NCBI GenBank assembly: GCA_048882385.1
Contig: JBHLRQ010000109.1
Location: forward strand, 1 to 10,552
Length of the DNA stretch: 10,552 bases
Source: Candidatus Thorarchaeota archaeon
GTDB taxonomy: Archaea; Asgardarchaeota; Thorarchaeia; Thorarchaeales; Thorarchaeaceae
Direction: 5' to 3'
Below, one piece after another: positions 1 through 6,885 of the stretch. The notes beneath the pieces were generated by a model. It worked only from the letters and a program-made list of their open reading frames with translations. It was not told the origin of the DNA and did no database searches. The stretch's first letter is position 1. Every line of letters starts with the position of its first letter. The position numbers and the translations under genes were made by a program.

Positions 1-43
1 CTTGTGAAAATACCTCCTTCTTATAATCTAAGCAGAAATAGAT

Positions 44-86
44 GTGGGCTAGACGAATTTTGAACTCGTGACCAATTCACTGTCAA
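44..86 (-). repeat. Degenerate intron-less 3' fragment of tRNA-Val(GAC), att-like direct repeat
   Basis: Minus strand TTGACAGTGAATTGGTCACGAGTTCAAAATTCGTCTAGCCCAC matches the spliced 3' half of the tRNA at 1870-2009 (TTGACAGTGCGGTGGTCACGAGTTCAAATCTCGTCCGGCCCAC) at 36/43 nt by manual alignment. No 5' half is recognisable. Confidence 0.8.
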
Positions 87-262
87 CGATGTGTCTATTC
101 AATCAATGGAATGATTGAATTAGAAGAGGATGAGTGGTATCACGGAGATGTAGGGTTTTTAAGAAAGGTCCGCAGAGGATAATCGGACCGTGTGGTGTGG
201 ACAATCATTGTGCATACTGGGGGAGCGTCCTTTGTTCTACACACATACTACAAGATGGAAGT

Positions 263-1753
263 ATGAAAATGAAGAAGGTTCAATTAATCGGAATTGAGAG
301 GTTGCTAAAGGAAAAGAGGAAACTGGACGTTCGAGATGTCGCCAAAGCACACTATAGACTTTTGCGTGAATATCCAATGCCTGTAGTGGAGATTGATTCG
401 ATAGAGGAATGTAAACCTGGTTCCTCAGTAAATATACGGATTAGAGATATGCCTGCACCAGCAGTGGATGTGTTTAAGGGCAAAATCACAAAGGACTCCG
501 AAAACGATCTTGATTTGCCGATATACCTGTCGTTTAGAACTACAACCGGTATTACTCTGAAGCCGTTATTATGCGAGAAAGAGGATCAATATACAGTTGT
601 AATCCCTGGAAATATAACAAATGGTCTCATAGGCATAATTTTTCCAATTCATGAAACCTTTGGACCTAAGGAAATCAGAGAAAATTATCCGGAGGATGTT
701 CAGAGATGGATAAATAAAAACAAGCATATTTCCCGCACGAGTCTGACCAAGGACGACTGTCCTATCCCTCCATTATCACCAAAGGATTTCCGATACTTGA
801 CGATGATATATCCCAAACCATTTCTCTCAGAGTTTCATTTTGTTATCGGAACGTGTCCAATTTGTCCTTACGGTGCGATAAAGGTAACAAGAAACTCCTG
901 TTTCGTTGATCCACTAATCTGCAGAGGTCAGAAGTACAGCTACCCTCCTAGGAACGAGGAGATTTGTTGGAACTGTTTCAATCCCACTGATGGTACTATA
1001 TCCACAAAATGCGACTACGTGACTCTTCGTAAAGTATTTCATATTAATCCTGACCCGCCAAAAAAGGAAGTTCCTTGTTGTGGAGCCTGTATCATAGGTG
1101 ATCTATGTTCTCAAGGAGCTATCGATAATTCGTATGGATTCTTCTCTGCTGACAAACAAAAATGCAATGGATGTATGGAGTGTTACTATGGCAAAAACTG
1201 TCCGTGGAACTGTGGGATAAATTGCTCACCTGACTGTGTACAATGGGACATTCACGAATCTGTGACCCTTCAGGCTGCAGATGGAGGTGGGTATCAGAAG
1301 AACGTCCACTATAACTACACAATGAGAATGGTTTCCCACATTGATGAGAAATCGAAACTAGTATTGTCAAAACTTGTATTGAGATTAGAAGACTTCTGGT
1401 GGAGGTCCCCATACGATTGGTACTTTGACCGTGACGATTTTGACTTTGATTCGGATGAGGCCAGCTTCGAGTTGTATCTCTGGGGCGATAAGTTCGAAAA
1501 AATACCTATCAAGCTAGACAAGAATGGTGTTCAGAATTTAAAACTGAAAGAGGTTCCATTCACAAGGAGTATACATCTTGGGCTCTTCAAAAAGGATGGG
1601 AAACTATTTGGGTTCTCACATTGTGGTTCAAATATACCGATACGGTCGTTAGGTGGGAAAAGATACTCCGACCCAACAATAATGATGAATGGAGGTACCT
1701 TTGACTTCGACTCACCAATCGGAAAAATTCAGATTGAATATCTGATAAAATAA
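263..1753 (+). CDS. Cys-rich protein with two 4Fe-4S ferredoxin-like repeats and uncharacterised N- and C-terminal regions
   Basis: ORF open from 134 (GTG); ATG at 263 (MKMKKVQ) preferred but uncertain. Motifs CPICPYGAI..VDPLICRG..CWNC and CCGAC..CSQGAI..KQKCNGCMEC..CP. Confidence 0.7.
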   Translation: MKMKKVQLIGIERLLKEKRKLDVRDVAKAHYRLLREYPMPVVEIDSIEECKPGSSVNIRIRDMPAPAVDVFKGKITKDSENDLDLPIYLSFRTTTGITLKPLLCEKEDQYTVVIPGNITNGLIGIIFPIHETFGPKEIRENYPEDVQRWINKNKHISRTSLTKDDCPIPPLSPKDFRYLTMIYPKPFLSEFHFVIGTCPICPYGAIKVTRNSCFVDPLICRGQKYSYPPRNEEICWNCFNPTDGTISTKCDYVTLRKVFHINPDPPKKEVPCCGACIIGDLCSQGAIDNSYGFFSADKQKCNGCMECYYGKNCPWNCGINCSPDCVQWDIHESVTLQAADGGGYQKNVHYNYTMRMVSHIDEKSKLVLSKLVLRLEDFWWRSPYDWYFDRDDFDFDSDEASFELYLWGDKFEKIPIKLDKNGVQNLKLKEVPFTRSIHLGLFKKDGKLFGFSHCGSNIPIRSLGGKRYSDPTIMMNGGTFDFDSPIGKIQIEYLIK

Positions 1754-1908
1754 CTCGTTTCCAAATAGCTGGGAAAAATACTATCTGACTGAAACAGTCA
1801 TACCCAGTGAATTCCAACTTTACAAGAATCGAATGATTGAACTCTGCTAAGTAATCAATGAGAATGAATTGGTGGGCCGGACGAGATTTGAACTCGTGAC
1901 CACCGCAC

Positions 1909-1938
1909 GTTTGAGCGTGCGTGGAAGTCAGGCTCGCA
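1909..1938 (-). other. Canonical tRNA intron at 37/38 (30 nt)
   Basis: Strict BHB: TTGA/TCAA 4-bp helix, bulges CA^T and AC^G, outer helix GCG/CGC. Confidence 0.9.
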
Positions 1939-1952
1939 TGTCAATGCGGTAT

Positions 1953-1984
1953 TTTCTCGCCAATTGGATTGATTCCAATCTGCT
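1953..1984 (-). other. Non-canonical tRNA intron in the D-stem 3' strand (about 23/24, 32 nt)
   Basis: Insertion with hairpin ATTGGA/TCCAAT closed by GC/GC; bulges TG^A and AA^A. The central helix is imperfect and the boundary is ambiguous by 1 nt. Confidence 0.75.
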
Positions 1985-2057
1985 CATAGCCGGGCTAGAC
2001 CACCGGCCCTGTGAAGTCTTTCTCCCTTGCTGATGATTAAAAACGTTGCGACAGTGC

Positions 2058-2330
2058 TTACATTTCTCTGTCTTTCCAACGGCTATAGAAATAGACCACA
2101 AAGACCAGAACGATCAATAATGGCATGCTAATAAGCATGTATGGCAGCATCGCTAGAAATCCTGGATCAAAATCTACAAGTGAGGAATCTGGTATTCCCA
2201 AGAAGATAACGCCCCCACCAAGAATTGCAGGAATAATTAGCAAAACCCCAATCACTATCAAAGTGATAATGACTCCTACGATTGAACAACCATAATCCTC
2301 AGCAGAATGGCTGCTACTGCTCTTGTTCAT
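2058..2330 (-). CDS. Small hypothetical membrane protein (about 2 TM)
   Basis: 90-aa ORF with two long hydrophobic stretches; GGAGGT just upstream of the ATG. Confidence 0.75.
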   Translation of the reverse strand: MNKSSSSHSAEDYGCSIVGVIITLIVIGVLLIIPAILGGGVIFLGIPDSSLVDFDPGFLAMLPYMLISMPLLIVLVFVVYFYSRWKDREM

Positions 2331-2353
2331 ATGGACCTCTCCAAAAAAGGCAT

Positions 2354-2572
2354 CTATGGATAATATCTCCTCGCTTGCCTAGCTTTTTGGCGAGCTCTTT
2401 CTTTTTCTTCATTGGTCACTCGTTCTGCATTCTGTGTTGCTCTATATCGGATTCCTTCAGATTCACTATAATGCCTTCGATTTCGAGAGTCCGATTTAGT
2501 CGCTTGATATAGAAGAACCACGACCACCACGATTACAACAACAAGTATGTATTCAAGCAAAGACATCCCCAT
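2354..2572 (-). CDS. Small single-pass membrane protein with basic C-terminal tail
   Basis: ORF open to 2623; MGMSLLEY start at 2572 preferred. TM YILVVVIVVVVVLLY followed by an Arg/Glu-rich tail. Confidence 0.6.
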   Translation of the reverse strand: MGMSLLEYILVVVIVVVVVLLYQATKSDSRNRRHYSESEGIRYRATQNAERVTNEEKERARQKARQARRYYP

Positions 2573-2664
2573 ATACAATCTATTCTGAAGTAAGATAAGA
2601 CTTAGGAAATTCATCCAGACCAATTTAGTGCAAACCTCAAACGTCTATTTCTGGAGGAATCATA

Positions 2665-2835
2665 ATGAGGAAGGGCGATAAACTCCTAACTCCATTGCTG
2701 TTTGTTGTATTCACAGTACTAGGATGCAATCCATTAGTTGGAGCTTATACTCATATGCAGGAGGAAATCAAAGTCTTTGTGGACTTGGATGCAGTTGTGG
2801 TCATAGGCGTGGTTGTATGTATACGTAGAAAATAG
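2665..2835 (+). CDS. 56-aa small ORF with hydrophobic ends (absent from the ORF track)
   Basis: MRKGDKLLTPLLFVVFTVLGCNPLVGAYTHMQEEIKVFVDLDAVVVIGVVVCIRRK*; GGAGG at 2653-2657; fills the gap between neighbouring genes. Confidence 0.5.
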   Translation: MRKGDKLLTPLLFVVFTVLGCNPLVGAYTHMQEEIKVFVDLDAVVVIGVVVCIRRK

Positions 2836-2844
2836 CTGATTGTA

Positions 2845-3279
2845 CTATTTTCCTGTGCTACCAAATCCTCCCTCTCCACGTTCTGTGTCCGAGAGCTCCT
2901 CTACTTCTACGAACTCAACTTCAGGTACTGGCCGGATTGCCAACTGGCTGATCCGCATTCCTTTCGTGATCTTGAAGGGCTCGTTGTTGTGGTTTATCAT
3001 GATGGTCTTCACCTCTCCACGATATCCACTATCGATTGTGCCAGGCGTGTTGAGGACACTGATGCCTTCCTTCAGCGCCAGTCCACTCCGTGGTCTGACC
3101 TGTCCCTCATATCCCAGGGGTATCTCCACTGCTATCCCTGTAGGAACTGCAAACCTTTCTCCCGGTCTAAGTTCATAATCAATGACTGAGTAGAGATCAA
3201 AGGCTACATCTCCTTTTCTCGCAGCTTTAGGAATCTGGGCATCTGGAGATAGTCGTTTGACACGTACCTTCACAGGCAT
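2845..3279 (-). CDS. dut: Trimeric dUTPase
   Basis: All five motifs: AFDL, RSG, GTIDSGYRGE, RISQL, RGEGGFGSTG. ATG 3279 follows GGAGGT; ORF open to 3303. Confidence 0.96.
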   Translation of the reverse strand: MPVKVRVKRLSPDAQIPKAARKGDVAFDLYSVIDYELRPGERFAVPTGIAVEIPLGYEGQVRPRSGLALKEGISVLNTPGTIDSGYRGEVKTIMINHNNEPFKITKGMRISQLAIRPVPEVEFVEVEELSDTERGEGGFGSTGK

Positions 3280-3366
3280 GGTTTGCACCTGACCTCCACA
3301 CATCTCTCATTCAGATATACGTGTAGGTGATAATACCGCCTAGTTGATAACATTTATATACAAATT

Positions 3367-3411
3367 ATGTATAGTACTATATGTCGTACAGTACATTGTT
3401 ACACACAATGT
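3367..3411. promoter_or_regulatory. Putative PadR-family operator cluster
   Basis: ATGT-N8-ACAT at 3381-3396, near-match ATGT-N8-ATAT at 3367-3382, inverted repeat ACATTGT-N5-ACAATGT at 3393-3411, just after TTTATATA (3353-3360). Confidence 0.6.
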
Positions 3412-3450
3412 CTGAAGAACAATAATAAAACAGAGGTAAACTAAGTGTCA

Positions 3451-3807
3451 ATGTCAAAAAAGACACAGGAAGAACTGGACCGATGGTCCAAAGAAGTAAA
3501 GCGGGGTGCTGTCACTCTGGCTATCCTTGCTCTTCTCAGCAAGAGAAGGGCTTACGGATATGAGGCTGTAAAGCTCCTCGATGATAAGATGTCTTTCTTG
3601 GCTCTCGAACAGGGCACAGTCTATCCCTTGCTGAGACGATTAGAGAAGCGTGAGCTCCTAGTATCTGAGTGGGACTATGATGATCCTACCAAGCCCAAGA
3701 AGTACTATGCAGTGACTGAAGAGGGCTTGAAGGCTCTTGGAGCTATGACGCAGACCTGGTCAGTCCTCTCGCGCGAGATGCGCGGTGTCTTAACGGAGGT
3801 TGAATAA
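3451..3807 (+). CDS. PadR-family transcriptional regulator
   Basis: RG..LAILALL..YGYE..GTVYPLLRRLE..KKYYAVTEEG winged-helix signature and C-terminal Trp helix. Confidence 0.95.
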   Translation: MSKKTQEELDRWSKEVKRGAVTLAILALLSKRRAYGYEAVKLLDDKMSFLALEQGTVYPLLRRLEKRELLVSEWDYDDPTKPKKYYAVTEEGLKALGAMTQTWSVLSREMRGVLTEVE

Positions 3808-3809
3808 TA

Positions 3810-4928
3810 ATGAGTAGTAATGATCCATTAGAACTAATCGATCAATATCTTGAACGTGTTAGAGTGTATCTTCCTCTAGACAGCGAAGATACAATCGTCG
3901 AACTTCAGACCCACCTTATTGAGGAGGCTGAGAGAATCGGCGGGGGTACAATGACTGCTGGCTCTGCCATGATGGCCATTGAGAGAATGGGTGATCCCAA
4001 AAGTGTTGCCAATGAGTATGCAGGCTCTGGCGAGAAAGTTGGACCTGTTCCAGCTGAGTATGTCAATCCACTGCTTCGGATGCTAGTTGTACTTGCTGGA
4101 GTTGCAGCCGCAATCATAGTGGGTGCCCTCACAATTGGAGGAGTATTCAGTGAATTGACAGGTCTGAACATTCAGAACTGGCCTTTCAGCATTCCAGTCA
4201 TGATACTGATTAACTTGGCAATAGCTTTCACAATAATCGGTATAATCACACTGCTTGATCGTAATAAGCCAATGACTGACAAGACAATTCTAGAGAATAT
4301 TTTCGGAATCGGTGTTGAAGGTTTCAAGCCGAAGGGGAGGTGGGATGCCTTTGGAGACCTAGTCATGGGTATCTTCTGGGGGCTCGTTCTCATGATTCCC
4401 GGTGTAGTTTTACTCTATACTCCAGCTTTCCGAGAGATCTACATGACAGTTGTCATCTTTCTGTTCCTTGGAGCAGTAAGAGGCGCACTATTCTATGCGC
4501 GTGGTGAGAACAACTTCAACTTGATTGTGGAAGTTGTCCTGAGCGTCGTTTGGATAGGAATTGCCGTGATTCTCATCAATGTTGGTTGGCCAATCCAATA
4601 CTTCTACAACTATGATGGTGTATCTTGGACGCTGTTCGATATGGTGACATTCTTCCAGACTAATGATATACCATTCGTCCCCTTTGACTGGATTTGGGCA
4701 TTCGTAATGTTCGTGACAGTTGCTATCTCAATCTGGAGAGTGATTGTCAACAGCATGAAGATCACCATGCACCTACGAGCTGGTAGGGGACTTTGGTGGC
4801 AAGGCAACTGGGGCAAGAAACGTCGTCTGCGAAGACCCTTCTGGAAGAGGGTACTTGGAGACCAGAACTCTACATACAATGAAACGACATACCATGATGG
4901 GTATATCGAATCCGATGAGTCGCAATAG
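3810..4928 (+). CDS. Multi-pass membrane protein with N-terminal HAAS/permease-prefix-like helical domain
   Basis: IDQYLERVRVYLP..ELQTHL..AIERMGDPKSVANEY followed by about 6 TM helices; starts 2 nt after padR. Confidence 0.85.
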   Translation: MSSNDPLELIDQYLERVRVYLPLDSEDTIVELQTHLIEEAERIGGGTMTAGSAMMAIERMGDPKSVANEYAGSGEKVGPVPAEYVNPLLRMLVVLAGVAAAIIVGALTIGGVFSELTGLNIQNWPFSIPVMILINLAIAFTIIGIITLLDRNKPMTDKTILENIFGIGVEGFKPKGRWDAFGDLVMGIFWGLVLMIPGVVLLYTPAFREIYMTVVIFLFLGAVRGALFYARGENNFNLIVEVVLSVVWIGIAVILINVGWPIQYFYNYDGVSWTLFDMVTFFQTNDIPFVPFDWIWAFVMFVTVAISIWRVIVNSMKITMHLRAGRGLWWQGNWGKKRRLRRPFWKRVLGDQNSTYNETTYHDGYIESDESQ

Positions 4929-4939
4929 ATTATGAATTC

Positions 4940-4971
4940 GTGAGGGTGTAATTCCCTCACATCTCTCTCTT
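4940..4971. terminator. Hairpin between convergent genes
   Basis: GTGAGGG-N7-CCCTCAC followed by pyrimidine tract ATCTCTCTCTT. Confidence 0.4.
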
Positions 4972-5180
4972 TATCCGCTTGAATCCTGTTTTTGTTTTAG
5001 TTCTCTAACTCCATAAGCGATACTTAGGACTATGATGACTGTAACAAGAACTGCCGAGAAGAGCGGAAGAGTCATGAATATAGCAATCACAAACACTGAT
5101 AGGATAAACAATGCTAGAATGAGCATCATGAGGTCCGATTCTTCAATTCCTAGTGGGAGTAATCCCCATTCAGCGCTCAT
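4971..5180 (-). CDS. Small 2-TM membrane protein
   Basis: 69-aa ORF with a hydrophobic hairpin; AAGGAG upstream of the ATG. Confidence 0.7.
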   Translation of the reverse strand: MSAEWGLLPLGIEESDLMMLILALFILSVFVIAIFMTLPLFSAVLVTVIIVLSIAYGVRELKQKQDSSG

Positions 5181-5295
5181 GTCGAAACTCCTTGTTACTC
5201 CCTCACAATCATATCTCGATATGAATAAACTGGTGATATCTAAAATCCTGCGTGAATAGAAACTACTTTTGTCTAGTCTACACTGCTAACAATCT

Positions 5296-5592
5296 ATGAG
5301 AGACATCAAACTAGAGATATTCGAGAGCGGTTGTGTAAAACATAAAGTTGGTGACAAGTTTGATTATCCTAGAGACACAGGCAAAATGTGTAACTGGTTA
5401 ATCGATAGTGCAAGTCACATGATTCGCGTACTCCAATATGATGGAAGACTAGGCTGGTCTTACAAGGGAACATCATATGAGAAAATCATCAACAAGGATG
5501 GAGTTACAACAGAATTTGTGAGGTGTCCAGACCCAACTTCTGCTGGAGTAGTCCTTAAAATAACTGCGACAAAGAGAATCCAAAAGAAATAG
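5296..5592 (+). CDS. TIGR04076-like small Cys-motif protein
   Basis: CxxHKVGD..F..MC..CPD..V pattern. Confidence 0.7.
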   Translation: MRDIKLEIFESGCVKHKVGDKFDYPRDTGKMCNWLIDSASHMIRVLQYDGRLGWSYKGTSYEKIINKDGVTTEFVRCPDPTSAGVVLKITATKRIQKK

Positions 5593-5595
5593 AAA

Positions 5596-5674
5596 TGGTG
5601 GGATGTGGCGGATTCGAACCGCCGATCTTCGCCATATAAGAGCAATGTCATTGACCCAGCTAGACCAACATCCC
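5596..5674 (-). tRNA. tRNA with anticodon UAU (Ile by anticodon) and Val-like body
   Basis: GGGATGT TG GTCT AGCTGGGTCAA TGAC A TTGCT CT TAT AT GGCGA AGATC GGCGG TTCGAAT CCGCC ACATCCC A CCA. Perfect acceptor and T stems; two G-U pairs in the anticodon stem. Confidence 0.85.
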
Positions 5675-5676
5675 AG

Positions 5677-5750
5677 TGGTAGGCCAGGAAGGACTGAAAC
5701 CTTCGATCTTCTCCATATCAGAGAAATGTCATACCCTAGACCACTGACCC
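5677..5750 (-). tRNA. Atypical or pseudo tRNA with anticodon GAU (Ile by anticodon) and Val-like body
   Basis: GGGTCAG TG GTCT AGGGTA TGAC A TTTCT CT GAT AT GGAGA AGATC GAAGG TTTCAGT CCTTC CTGGCCT A CCA. Stems pair with four G-U pairs; aberrant T-loop and short D-loop. Confidence 0.7.
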
Positions 5751-5953
5751 TCACTTATCAACAAAACAAGAAACCTGACAGGGACAACACCAATACTATG
5801 CACGTGGTATGATCCTGTAGGTTGTCATCTTAATCAGCACACTGACCCGCTTGATAGAATATAAGTCCGTGGTCAATTCCATTTGTCTTTACAATACCGG
5901 CGTACGCATAACAAGATTATTAACAATAGTTAAAATAATTTACCAGAACAACA

Positions 5954-6841
5954 ATGATCATATCTCCAACTATCATATCTCTCAGGGAAGGCATAGAGGC
6001 AGCTCTCATAATCGCGATTATGTTATCCTACCTTCGGAAAACCAATCAGACCAGTCTCAGAAAGTATGTTTTCTATGGGACAATTGCAGCAATTATCTCC
6101 AGTCTGGGTGTTGCGATAGTGGTTGGTCTACTATGGGGAATTTTTGAAGGTCCAATGCTTAACATCTTCGAGGGTTCGGTAGTTCTCATAGCAGCCATTC
6201 TACTCACAACGATGATTGTCTGGATGTGGAATGCTGGAGCTCGGGTGTCCCGGGAGATCGAAGAGTCTATGGAGATGTCAGTTGTTCAACAGAGTGGTAT
6301 TGGTCTTGCTCTACTTAGTTTCTCTCTTGTGATGCGAGAAGGAGTCGAACTGTCCCTATTCAGTATGGCACTTGTGATTCAAGAGGGATTAGTGAGCTAT
6401 GTTGGAATTGCTCTAGGTCTGTTGATTGCTATTGTTCTTGGAATTGGAATTTACAGGGGGTCATTACGTATCAGTATGCGAGCATTGTTCAAGTGGACCT
6501 CAATCTTTCTTATCCTATTCGCTGCAGGGATGGTAGCTTACGGAATCCATGAGCTACAAGAAGCTGGGCTGCTGCTTGTTGGACCAATTGAGATATGGAA
6601 TATCAATCCCCCCCAGTTGCCTGATGGAAGCTATCCCCTTTTTCATGAAAGAGGTGCCATAGGTGCTATGGCAAAGGCTCTGTTTGGATATAATGGGAAT
6701 CCATCAGCACTTGAGGTCGTGGCATATGTTGGATATCTGGTCATTGCATTGGCCTTCTATTGGAGAAAACGTAAAGGATTGGATTCCTTAGAATCAAACA
6801 AATCTACCAAAGCATCTATAGCTACAACTCCTAATCAGTAA
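5954..6841 (+). CDS. FTR1/EfeU-family iron permease
   Basis: Two REGxE motifs (REGIE, REGVE), about 7 TM, AAGMVAYGIHELQEAG and LFGY..PS signatures. Confidence 0.95.
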   Translation: MIISPTIISLREGIEAALIIAIMLSYLRKTNQTSLRKYVFYGTIAAIISSLGVAIVVGLLWGIFEGPMLNIFEGSVVLIAAILLTTMIVWMWNAGARVSREIEESMEMSVVQQSGIGLALLSFSLVMREGVELSLFSMALVIQEGLVSYVGIALGLLIAIVLGIGIYRGSLRISMRALFKWTSIFLILFAAGMVAYGIHELQEAGLLLVGPIEIWNINPPQLPDGSYPLFHERGAIGAMAKALFGYNGNPSALEVVAYVGYLVIALAFYWRKRKGLDSLESNKSTKASIATTPNQ

Positions 6842-6885
6842 AATCATAGAAACAAAGTGTACCACGGACCAGATTTGAATTGTGT

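Larger units (their letters stand above)
1870..2009 (-). tRNA. tRNA-Val(GAC) with two introns and encoded CCA
   Basis: After removing 1953-1984 and 1909-1938: GGGCCGG TG GTCT AGCCCGGCTA TGAT A CCGCA TTGACAG TGCGG TGGTC ACGAG TTCAAAT CTCGT CCGGCCC A CCA (78 nt). Acceptor, anticodon and T stems pair fully. Confidence 0.93.

Noticed and set aside
34-42. AGAAATAGA shared with 5585-5593, both next to tRNA 3' ends
   Set aside because: Short and AT-rich; explained by T-rich terminators on the minus strand or chance.
5460-5812. ORFs 5460-5651, 5473-5754 and 5603-5812
   Set aside because: They overlap the tRNA genes or the TIGR04076-like gene and have no protein-like motifs.
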